Positions 1 to 8,610 of a stretch of DNA of 64,000 nt are shown piece by piece. The stretch's first letter is position 1. Each line of letters begins with the position of its first letter. The DNA is from an uncultured Bacilli bacterium (GTDB taxonomy: Bacteria; Bacillota_I; Bacilli_A; RF39; UBA660). The notes under the pieces were generated by a model. The model did not search any database and was not told where the DNA came from. It was given only the letters and a program-made list of their open reading frames with translations. The DNA lies in NCBI GenBank assembly GCA_934162195.1, contig CAKPHO010000005.1:6515-70514 (forward strand), written 5' to 3'. A program made the position numbers and the translations under genes.

Positions 1-139
1 TCAAAAGGTTATTATGTGTATAGTTCCAACTAAAGAATATTTTATTGCTAAAGAAGGGATACATGCTATAGATCCTAATGCATTTTTTTTGGTAACAGAT
101 GCATACGAGGTATATGGTGGAGAATAGAAGAGGTGTTAT

Positions 140-835
140 ATGGATTTAATTAGAATGAGAAATGTAAATAGGACATATAAAACAGGGGTAACTGCTATAT
201 ATGATTTAAACCTAGATATAAAAAAAGGTGAGTTTGTTTTTATTATTGGTTCTACAGGTTGTGGAAAAAGTACTTTAATAAAAATGCTTTACCGTGAAGA
301 AAAAGCCAATAGTGGAAAAATCATTGTTGGTGGTATTGATGTAAATAAATTAAGAAATAGTAAGGTATATAAATTAAGAAGAAAACTTGGTGTTGTTTTC
401 CAAGATTATAAATTATTACCAAAATTAACTGTATATGAAAATGTGGCTTTTGCTTTAGAGGTATTTGGAAACTCAAAAAGTGAGATTCATCCTAAGGTAA
501 TAAAAGCTTTAGAGTTAGTTGGATTAAAAGGTAAAGCAAAAAATTTTCCAACACAGTTATCAGGAGGAGAGCAACAACGTGTTGCTATAGCTCGTGCCAT
601 TGTTAATGAACCTAAGTTATTGATTTGCGATGAACCAACGGGAAACCTAGATGAAGTAACTAGTATGGAAATAATGAAAGTACTAGAAGAAATTAATAAA
701 CTAGGAACCACAATTATTATGGTTACTCATGATACAACAATTGTTAATGCAATGAAGAAAAGAGTAATTGTATTAGATTCAGGTCGTATTTTAAAAGATT
801 ATAAGGAAGGAGAATATAAACATGAAGGTATTTAG
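140..835 (+). CDS. ftsE: Cell division ATP-binding protein FtsE (ABC ATPase)
   Basis: Walker A GSTGCGKST, ABC signature LSGGEQQRVAIARA, Walker B LICDEPTGNLD; followed by an overlapping permease gene; RBS AGGTG upstream. Confidence 0.9.
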   Translation: MDLIRMRNVNRTYKTGVTAIYDLNLDIKKGEFVFIIGSTGCGKSTLIKMLYREEKANSGKIIVGGIDVNKLRNSKVYKLRRKLGVVFQDYKLLPKLTVYENVAFALEVFGNSKSEIHPKVIKALELVGLKGKAKNFPTQLSGGEQQRVAIARAIVNEPKLLICDEPTGNLDEVTSMEIMKVLEEINKLGTTIIMVTHDTTIVNAMKKRVIVLDSGRILKDYKEGEYKHEGI

Positions 836-1721
836 AATTCTTTTTAGAGATATAAGAGATGCATTTAAAAGTGTCTTCAGGAACTTTTCTCTTTCAGTAG
901 CGTCAATTTCTTGTATAACAATAACTTTATTAGTAGTTGCTATTGCTTTCATTCTTTCTGAAAATGTTAATAATTTTGCAAACATTGTAGAAAAAGATGT
1001 TACAATTGTTGCTTTTATTGATAACAGTGCTAAACAAGAAGATTTAGAACAAATAAAAAATAAAATAAAAGAGTTGGATAATATAGAAGAAGTAAATTTT
1101 GAATCAAGAACACAAATAATGGATGATATGAAAGCTTCTTCAGAAGTATTTAATAATATTATGGAAAACTATACAGAAGATGATACTCCTGTTCAAGATA
1201 CATACTTAATAAAAGTAAAAGATATTGATAAAATTGGTGATACTGCTAATCAAATTAAAGAAATAGAATTAGTAAGTAGTGTTAAGTATGGAGAAGGAAT
1301 GGTTGATCAACTAATATCTGTATTTGAGGTTGTTAGAAAAATAAGTATTATTGTAGTAGCCGCATTAATTTTGGTAACAGCGTTCCTAATTGCTAATACA
1401 ATTAAAATTACTATTTTTTCAAGAAAAAGAGAAATTTCAATTATGCGTCTAGTAGGAGCTTCTAATATAAATATTAAAATACCATTTATTTTTGAGGGAT
1501 TGTTCTTAGGATTGTTAGGTTCAATAATTCCAGTACTTGCAACAACTTTTGGATATGTTAGCTTATACAAACATTTTGGTGGACAATTATTCTCACCATT
1601 TATACGTTTAATAACTCCAGAACCATTTATTTATGAAGTGTCAATATTGCTAGTAATAATTGGTATGGTTGTTGGTATGTTTGGTAGTGTTAGGGCAGTA
1701 AAGAAACATTTAAAGATATAA
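822..1721 (+). CDS. ftsX: Cell division permease FtsX
   Basis: Overlaps ftsE stop; N-terminal TM helix, large extracellular loop, three C-terminal TM helices; typical FtsX length and architecture. Confidence 0.85.
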   Translation: MKVFRILFRDIRDAFKSVFRNFSLSVASISCITITLLVVAIAFILSENVNNFANIVEKDVTIVAFIDNSAKQEDLEQIKNKIKELDNIEEVNFESRTQIMDDMKASSEVFNNIMENYTEDDTPVQDTYLIKVKDIDKIGDTANQIKEIELVSSVKYGEGMVDQLISVFEVVRKISIIVVAALILVTAFLIANTIKITIFSRKREISIMRLVGASNINIKIPFIFEGLFLGLLGSIIPVLATTFGYVSLYKHFGGQLFSPFIRLITPEPFIYEVSILLVIIGMVVGMFGSVRAVKKHLKI

Positions 1722-2001
1722 TTAATTATTAGTGTAAAGGTACAATTATTTGTGCCTTTCTTTTTTGTGAAATATGGGGGTATATTTAATCATACTATAA
1801 TATTAAATGAAAAAATAAACACAAAGAAGCTAGGCTTTTAAATAACCTAGATTTCTTTGCGTTTTTTTGCTGTGCCTTTATAGGAAGGGAGTTGTTGTAT
1901 AAATACATAAAACACAAAAAATATATATTATGACTGGATGTTTATAATAAATAAAAAAGGGTATAATTAGAATGTATAATAGAGAGAGGAGTAAGAAATA
2001 T
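1722..2001. repeat. Conserved upstream module, copy 1: G5 tract + TTTAATCATACTATAAT + hairpin/T-run + second -10 (GGGTATAATTA) + RBS
   Basis: ~80% nucleotide identity to 26056..26369 and partial identity to 53545..53720; G-run 1776..1780, TATAAT 1796..1801, hairpin ~1820..1860 with T7 at 1863..1869. Confidence 0.7.
1737..1769 (+). terminator. Putative intrinsic terminator after ftsX
   Basis: AAAGGTAC/GTGCCTTT imperfect stem followed by CTTTTTTG. Confidence 0.4.
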
Positions 2002-3618
2002 ATGAAAAAGAAAGGATTTACTTTAATAGAATTACTAGCGGTAATAGTAGTATTAGCAATAATAGCGTTAATTGCAACCCCAATAGTAACAAGAGTAATA
2101 AGTTCTAGTAAGGATTCTGCTAATAAAATAAGTGCAAGTAATTTTGCGTCTAAAGCAAATGAATATGTAATAGAAGAAAGAATGAATGGAAATATAAAAA
2201 GTGGCAATATTTTTGATGAAGTATCAGAAAGAATGAATGGTAAGAAACCTACTTCGGGAGTAGTTTATTCTGATGATAATGGAAACATTGCTTTAGCTTT
2301 AGTATTTGATAATAGATGTTATACAAAAGAGTATAATAGTGATGAAATAAAAACAGCTGACATTAATGAATGTCATGCTCCAGTAGACTATTTAGCTCTT
2401 GGAAATACAAATAATGATACAGAATTAACATTCTTTAATGGACCAATTAAAAAAGGTAGCGTTGAAAAAATAATATTTGTAAATAACACTAATGTACCTA
2501 CAGATGCAATAGGAAGTTGGAATGCGAGTGCAAGTGGAGATGGAAAAGTAATTGCTTGGTATAAAGATGAAGATAATAATAGTTTATATGAAGTATATAT
2601 AGGTGAAAATGGTGGAGTAAAAGCTAATCCTGATTCATCTAGATTATTTAGTTATTTTTCAAATTTAGTTAGTTTGGATTTAAAATATCTTGATACATCA
2701 AGTGTGACAGATATGTCTTTAATGTTTAATAACTGTTCAAAATTAACTACGCTTGATTTAAGTAGTTTTGATACGTCACAAGTGACAAGTATGCGAGGAA
2801 TGTTTCAATTGTGCACTAATTTAACAGCATTAGATTTAGGAAACTTTAATACTTCCAATGTTACAAGCATGAGGAATATGTTTAATGAATGTTCAAGTTT
2901 AACTACTTTAGATTTAAGTAATTTTGACACGTCAAATGTTACGACTATGTATGCTATGTTCCAAAAAACTTCAAATTTAACGATGTTGAATGTAAGTAGT
3001 TTTGATACATCGAAAGTAACCGATATGGCTTTTATGTTTAGTAAATGTCTTAATTTGCCAGAATTAGATTTAAGTAATTTTGATACTTCAAATGTAACAA
3101 ATATGAGCGCTATGTTTCAAAGAGATTCTAGTCTTACATCACTAGATGTAAGTAAGTTTAATACATCAAAAGTAACAGATATGTCTAGAATGTTCAGCTT
3201 AGTAAGAAATGTTAAATCATTAGACGTTTCTCACTTTGATACCTCAAAAGTAACTAATATGACTTGGATGTTTAATGAATGCAATAATTTAGAATCTTTA
3301 AATTTAAAAAGTTTTAATACAAAATTAGTAACAGATATGAGTTATATGTTTGAAAACTGTTATAATTTGACTGATTTAGATTTGAGCAGTTTTGAAACTA
3401 GCAAGTTACAAAATATGGAGCACATGTTTGGTGGTAATTCTAAATTGACAAATATTAATTTATCAAAGGCAACATTTACTGCAGTAACTCAATATTCTGA
3501 GATGTTTAATGGTTGTGGATTAACTAGTATTGCAGTAAAAGATGATGATGCAAAAACATTTATTGATGCTAGATTAAAAGAGGCAAATATTAATATTGAA
3601 GCAACAAAAGCAAACTAA
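2002..3618 (+). CDS. Prepilin-type (class III signal) N-terminus fused to ~23 consecutive DUF285/BspA-type leucine-rich repeat units
   Basis: Start at the RBS-supported ATG (GAGAGGAG, then 9 nt), in-frame with the ORF beginning at 1972. N-terminus KKGFTLIELLAVIVVLAIIALIATPIV is the canonical G|FTLIE prepilin cleavage/methylation motif. The C-terminal module is ~23 repeats of roughly 26 aa of the pattern LxxLDLSNFDTSNVTxMxxMF (DUF285 / mycoplasma-BspA LRR type), one of the recognised DGR target domain classes. Confidence 0.8.
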   Translation: MKKKGFTLIELLAVIVVLAIIALIATPIVTRVISSSKDSANKISASNFASKANEYVIEERMNGNIKSGNIFDEVSERMNGKKPTSGVVYSDDNGNIALALVFDNRCYTKEYNSDEIKTADINECHAPVDYLALGNTNNDTELTFFNGPIKKGSVEKIIFVNNTNVPTDAIGSWNASASGDGKVIAWYKDEDNNSLYEVYIGENGGVKANPDSSRLFSYFSNLVSLDLKYLDTSSVTDMSLMFNNCSKLTTLDLSSFDTSQVTSMRGMFQLCTNLTALDLGNFNTSNVTSMRNMFNECSSLTTLDLSNFDTSNVTTMYAMFQKTSNLTMLNVSSFDTSKVTDMAFMFSKCLNLPELDLSNFDTSNVTNMSAMFQRDSSLTSLDVSKFNTSKVTDMSRMFSLVRNVKSLDVSHFDTSKVTNMTWMFNECNNLESLNLKSFNTKLVTDMSYMFENCYNLTDLDLSSFETSKLQNMEHMFGGNSKLTNINLSKATFTAVTQYSEMFNGCGLTSIAVKDDDAKTFIDARLKEANINIEATKAN

Positions 3619-3648
3619 AAATTATTTAAGAAAACAATAATTTAATAC

Positions 3649-3692
3649 AAAAAATGGAAAGTTTAAAAATGTATGGACTTTTCATTTTTTTT
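3649..3692 (+). terminator. Intrinsic terminator downstream of the DUF285 pilin-like gene
   Basis: Imperfect hairpin AAATGGAAAGT...ACTTTTCATTT followed by T8. Confidence 0.5.
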
Positions 3693-3715
3693 GCTATATA
3701 ATAAAAATCAATTTT

Positions 3716-6037
3716 ATGGAGGTGATCTTTTTGATAAAAACAAACTTGCCAGTTATTTTGTTAAGAGGTCTTATATTGCTTCCAAATAACGAAATTAGAT
3801 TAGAATTTGATAATGATTTAAGCAAAAATATAATTGATGTGTCGGAATTGTTTCATGATAATATGTTACTAGTTGTAAGTTCTTTAAATCCTCTTGAAGA
3901 AATACCTACGGAAAAAGATTTACCTAGTATAGGTGTTGTTTCTAAAATAGTAAATAAGATTGAACTTCCAAATGGCAAAACACGTGTTATTATAAAAGGT
4001 ATTAATAGAGCTTATGTAAATGAATATTTAAATTTAAAACATCCTAGTGAAGTTTTAGAATCTATTATAACTAATATTGATGATAAAGAGATAGATTCTA
4101 AAATGGAAAAAATTATGATAAATAAGATAAAAAGAGAACTTGAAATATATATTAAGAAAGTTTCTTATACTAGTAATAGTATTCTTTCTCTAGTTCCTAA
4201 TATAAGTAGTTTATCAAAATTAACTGATATAGTTGTTCCTAATATTTTAATTGACAACAATCGCTTGCTTGTTTATTTAAATGAATCTGATCCTATGAAA
4301 AGAGGGGAGATGATTTTAGAAGATATATATTCTGAAAAAGAATCTTTTGAAATAGAAAAGCAAATCGATTTAAAAGTTAAGAAAAATATGGAAGACAGTC
4401 AAAAAGAATATCTATTACGTGAAAAGTTAAAGTTAATTAAAGAAGAACTGGGTGATGTTAGTTCCAAAGACGATGAAGTAGAATCTATTAGAAAAAAAAT
4501 AACAAAATTAAAAGCTAATGATAAAGTAAAAGAAAAATTAAATAGTGAATTAAAAAAATATGAATCTTTAAGTCAAGTTTCCCCAGAAGTAGGTATTACA
4601 AAAAATTATATTGATTGGTTATTAGAATTACCTTGGGGTGAGTATACAGCGGATAACTCTGATTTAGACAAAGTGTTAGAATCATTGAATAGAAGTCATT
4701 TTGGGTTAGAAAAAGTAAAGAATAGAATTATAGAATATCTTGCAGTCAAGATTAACGCAGATATGTTAAAAAGTCCAATTATATGTTTAGTTGGTCCCCC
4801 AGGAGTTGGTAAGACAACTTTAGCCCGTAGTATTGCAGAGAGTATAAATCGTAAATTTGTAAAAATTAGTGTTGGTGGGGTTAATGATGAAGCTGAAATA
4901 AAGGGACATCGTAGGACTTATCTTGGAGCAATGCCAGGAAAGATTATTCAAGCTATGAAAAAAGCAAAATCAAATAATCCCGTATTTCTAATTGATGAAA
5001 TAGATAAAATGACTAACAATATAAAAGGAGATCCAGCTAGCGCTTTACTTGAAGTGTTGGATCCAGAACAAAATGAATATTTTGTTGATAATTTTATTGA
5101 AGAAGAGTATGATTTATCAAAGGTTATGTTTATAACTACCGCTAATTCTTTAGATTCGATACCTGGACCACTAAGAGATAGATTAGAAATTATTGAGCTT
5201 AATAGTTATACTGAATATGAGAAAATAGATATAGCTAAGAAACATTTAATTCCTAGTTTGTTGGATAGTCACAACGCTAAAGATATAAAGATTTTAGATA
5301 GTTCTGTATTAGAAATAATTAGATATTATACTATGGAAGCAGGAGTTAGAAATCTTGAACGTAAATTAGAAGAAGTAATCAGAAAGATTATTACAGATAG
5401 GTTAAAAAATAAAAAAGAAGATGTGGTTATTGTTGATGATGTTTCTAAGTATCTTGGTAATAGAAAATACAGTTTTGGAAAACTAGAAAAGAATGAAGTA
5501 GGAGTAGTAAATGGTCTTGCTTATACACCTTTTGGTGGGGATATTATTAAAATAGAAGTAAATTATTATAAAGGACATGGTAATTTAATTTTAACTGGTT
5601 CTTTAGGTGATGTTATTAAAGAGAGTGCTCAAATAGCGCTTAGTTATGTAAGATCAAACGCTAGTACTTTTGGTATAGATAGTGAAAAATTTATTAAAAA
5701 TGATATACATATTCATATTCCTGATGGTTCTGTTCCTAAAGATGGGCCAAGTGCTGGAATAGCTATTACAACGGCAATTATTTCTTCTTTATCAAATCGT
5801 ATAGTAGATTCAAGTTTAGCTTATACTGGAGAAATAACTTTACGAGGTAATATACTTGCAATAGGTGGACTAAAAGAAAAAAGTATTGGAGCTTTGAGAA
5901 GCGGAATTAAAACGATTTATATACCAGAAGATAATACTAAAGATTTAGAAGAAATTCCTAATGAAATAAAAGAAAGAATAAATTATGTAAGTTTTAATAA
6001 TTATATGGAATTGTTTAAAAATTTAATTAAGAGGTAA
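3716..6037 (+). CDS. lon: ATP-dependent Lon protease
   Basis: N-domain LPVILLRG; Walker A GPPGVGKTT; proteolytic-domain serine motif PKDGPSAGIA. The annotated ATG at 3716 overlaps a GGAGGTGA RBS, so the true start may be TTG at 3731. Confidence 0.9.
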   Translation: MEVIFLIKTNLPVILLRGLILLPNNEIRLEFDNDLSKNIIDVSELFHDNMLLVVSSLNPLEEIPTEKDLPSIGVVSKIVNKIELPNGKTRVIIKGINRAYVNEYLNLKHPSEVLESIITNIDDKEIDSKMEKIMINKIKRELEIYIKKVSYTSNSILSLVPNISSLSKLTDIVVPNILIDNNRLLVYLNESDPMKRGEMILEDIYSEKESFEIEKQIDLKVKKNMEDSQKEYLLREKLKLIKEELGDVSSKDDEVESIRKKITKLKANDKVKEKLNSELKKYESLSQVSPEVGITKNYIDWLLELPWGEYTADNSDLDKVLESLNRSHFGLEKVKNRIIEYLAVKINADMLKSPIICLVGPPGVGKTTLARSIAESINRKFVKISVGGVNDEAEIKGHRRTYLGAMPGKIIQAMKKAKSNNPVFLIDEIDKMTNNIKGDPASALLEVLDPEQNEYFVDNFIEEEYDLSKVMFITTANSLDSIPGPLRDRLEIIELNSYTEYEKIDIAKKHLIPSLLDSHNAKDIKILDSSVLEIIRYYTMEAGVRNLERKLEEVIRKIITDRLKNKKEDVVIVDDVSKYLGNRKYSFGKLEKNEVGVVNGLAYTPFGGDIIKIEVNYYKGHGNLILTGSLGDVIKESAQIALSYVRSNASTFGIDSEKFIKNDIHIHIPDGSVPKDGPSAGIAITTAIISSLSNRIVDSSLAYTGEITLRGNILAIGGLKEKSIGALRSGIKTIYIPEDNTKDLEEIPNEIKERINYVSFNNYMELFKNLIKR

Positions 6038-6039
6038 AT

Positions 6040-6693
6040 ATGGAAAAATATTATAATAAAAAGTTATTACAAGCTATTTGCTTTGCGGATGATGTAAGAA
6101 TATATTTAGATAAAAATGTATTAACCCCCGCCTTTTTAGAGATGGTTGATCATTTTTTAGCAGATTGTAATTTGGGTGGATTTGTTAGTGAAAAAATGAG
6201 GAAAAATTTGATAGAATTAGCTGATTATCTTAGGTATCATGGACAATCAGATTTAGCAAATGATTTTATTAGATTAACTAATGTGGCAGAAGTGCGTTAC
6301 TTTTGTTGGCATGAATTTTTGTATAAAGAATTTGAAAAACGAAGAACTTCATTTAAAGACAAATATGATATTTTTGATGCCGGTAGTATGAAAGTATTAT
6401 TTACATCATTAGAGATGGATTATTTAGTTTTGCAATCGTTATTGTGTGATGATGAGACTTTTCTAAATGACTTTGTTCCGGGACTAATACTAGATGAATT
6501 TTATTTTATTAGTTGCAAAAGAATTATTGAAGAAGTTCCTCAGTTATTCGAAGATGAGAAAACACGTGAAAGAATAATTGCCATTCATATGTGTAATAAG
6601 AAAATGCAAAAAGAAATAGATGCAGATCAAAAAAGTGATTATAGATCAATAATAAAAACAGGAAAGAAATTAGTAAAAAAAGTGATTAAGTAA
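6040..6693 (+). CDS. Hypothetical protein
   Basis: ORF with RBS AAGAGGT; start overlaps lon stop; no recognisable motifs. Confidence 0.5.
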   Translation: MEKYYNKKLLQAICFADDVRIYLDKNVLTPAFLEMVDHFLADCNLGGFVSEKMRKNLIELADYLRYHGQSDLANDFIRLTNVAEVRYFCWHEFLYKEFEKRRTSFKDKYDIFDAGSMKVLFTSLEMDYLVLQSLLCDDETFLNDFVPGLILDEFYFISCKRIIEEVPQLFEDEKTRERIIAIHMCNKKMQKEIDADQKSDYRSIIKTGKKLVKKVIK

Positions 6694-6740
6694 CATAATT
6701 GCTTTTTTTTGTCATATAAATTTAATGAACAGGAGGAAGT

Positions 6741-7455
6741 TATGAAAAAAATAATACCTTTTAATAAAGAAATGTTATTTAATGATAATGTATTTGAAAT
6801 AACAAGTATATCTTTAGAACACGATCTTAAAGTAAGTGATAATAACCTTATAAGTGGTAAATTTTATATAAATGGTGAATATAAAATATCTGATGTAAGT
6901 ACTAATACGGAGGTGTTTAAATTTGAATTACCGTGTGACATTAATATAGATTCCAGATATATTTTAGATAATGTAAAGATTGATATAGATGATTTTTATT
7001 ATGAAGTTATTAATTCAAATATATTAAAAATTAGTATTGATGTTTTAATAGACCGTTTAGAGGAAAAAAAAGAAATAGAACCAGATTTAGAAGAAATAAA
7101 AATAGATGATAATCCTGCAGACAGAGTAGATTCTATTGAAATTAAAACAAATTCAATTGAAGAATTAGAAAAAGATTTAGAAAGAGAAAGTGATGATATG
7201 GAAACTTTAGAAAAAGAAAGATGTATTGAAGATGAAGATATAAGTAGTGTTAAATCAATTTTTGGTAATTTTACTGATACTACTGAAACATATAAAACAT
7301 ATAAAGTATATATTGTTCGTGAAGGAGATAATTTAGAAAACATTATTCAAAAATATTCAGTATCTAAAGAAATATTAGAAAAATATAATAATGTTAATGA
7401 AATTAATATTGGAGATAAAATAATAATTCCTAGTTTATCAAATGAAAAAAATTAA
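6741..7455 (+). CDS. LysM domain-containing protein (acidic, possibly sporulation-associated)
   Basis: RBS AGGAGG then ATG at 6741; C-terminal YKVYIVREGDNLENIIQKY...IGDKIIIP fits the LysM consensus; acidic repeat-rich middle region. Confidence 0.6.
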
Positions 7456-8341
7456 TGATTTATTAAGGGAGTATTCAATAAAACCTCTTAGGTACACAAA
7501 AGAAGGTAGAACGGTTATTATTGATACTGATGACAAAAAATTTGTTATAAAAGAAAAGCTTAATAAAGATTTAAAAATTTATAATTATCTAGCTTCTAGA
7601 AATTTTAATTATTACCCGCGTACTATTAATAGTAGTAGTGATGATTATCAAATAATGGAATATATAGAGCAGTATGATATACCTGATGAACAAAAAATAA
7701 TTGATTTAATTGACTTGGTTGCGTTATTACATAATAAGACTACACATTTTAAAGAAATAACAGAAGATGATTATAAAGAAATATATGAAGATATTTCTAA
7801 TAACATAATTTATTTAAATAGTTATTATAACGATTTAATAAATATTATTGATACAAAGGTTTATCCTAGTCCAAGTGAGTATTTACTAGCTAGAAATATA
7901 AGTAAAATATTTGCTTCGTTAAAGTACGCTGAACATGAATTAAAAGAGTGGTATGAAATAGTAAAAAAAACTAATAAAAAAAGATTGGTTGTTCTTCACA
8001 ACAATCTTGATTTAAGTCATTTTTTAAGAAATAATAATTCTTATTTAATTAGTTGGGAAAAAGCTAAAGTGGATATGCCAATATTTGATCTTTATAAACT
8101 GTATAAAAAAGTGGGTCTTGATTTTGAATTTACTGAAATACTAAAAAGATATGAAAAAAATTATCCTCTTTTGAGAGAAGAGCAAAAACTATTATTTATT
8201 TTAATGGCATTACCTGATAAGGTTGAATTAGATAATAATGAATATGAAAATACTAAAAAGGTGGGAAAGATGGTAGATTTGGTATACAAAACAGAAATGA
8301 TTATTTCACCATATTATTCTGAAGAAGGAAAAACAAAATAA
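7442..8341 (+). CDS. CotS/aminoglycoside-phosphotransferase-family kinase-like protein
   Basis: Brenner-type motif VVLHNNLDLSHFL (HxDxxxxN-like); overall length and pattern match CotS/YtaA spore-coat kinase-like proteins. Confidence 0.5.
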   Translation: MKKINDLLREYSIKPLRYTKEGRTVIIDTDDKKFVIKEKLNKDLKIYNYLASRNFNYYPRTINSSSDDYQIMEYIEQYDIPDEQKIIDLIDLVALLHNKTTHFKEITEDDYKEIYEDISNNIIYLNSYYNDLINIIDTKVYPSPSEYLLARNISKIFASLKYAEHELKEWYEIVKKTNKKRLVVLHNNLDLSHFLRNNNSYLISWEKAKVDMPIFDLYKLYKKVGLDFEFTEILKRYEKNYPLLREEQKLLFILMALPDKVELDNNEYENTKKVGKMVDLVYKTEMIISPYYSEEGKTK

Positions 8342-8534
8342 AACAAGGAAGATAAGAATTAGGAGAATATTAAATCGTGTTAAAATGAAAAAAGTAATAA
8401 TTATTTGATAGATTAAAATAATTGCTAGTATACAAGAACAAAGACACCATTTACCACGATTTCTAAACCAATTATTATTATACATAAAATCACCTATAAT
8501 AGTTTATGTAAATAATAAAAATATGTATGTACAA

Positions 8535-8563
8535 AAGAATTCGTTTAAATTCTTTTTTTTTTT
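8535..8563 (+). terminator. Intrinsic terminator (AAGAATT-CGTTTA-AATTCTT + T11)
   Basis: Perfect 7-bp stem plus an 11-nt T-run located 12 nt upstream of the TATAAT (8576..8581) of the next gene. Confidence 0.6.
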
Positions 8564-8610
8564 ATTAAAATATTATATAATGGTTATAGTAATGATAATA
8601 GAGGTGACTT

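Noticed and set aside
6040-6693. FADD tetrapeptide (QAICFADDVRIY) resembling reverse-transcriptase motif C, considered as a possible DGR RT
   Set aside because: The motif sits at residues 14-17 of a 217-aa protein with no motif A/B/D context, and the protein is far too short. It is not an RT, so the DGR RT/TR must lie outside this window.
8300-8477. ~58-codon minus-strand ORF in the 8342..8610 intergenic region
   Set aside because: No RBS, hydrophobic low-complexity product, and it overlaps the 3' end of the CotS-like gene; probably spurious.
8553-8563. T11 homopolymer 12 nt upstream of the -10 box of gene 8611, as a second phase-variation tract
   Set aside because: It is fully explained as the U-run of the upstream intrinsic terminator, and poly-T/A tracts of this length are common in a 28% GC genome. 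Kept only as a low-priority possibility.
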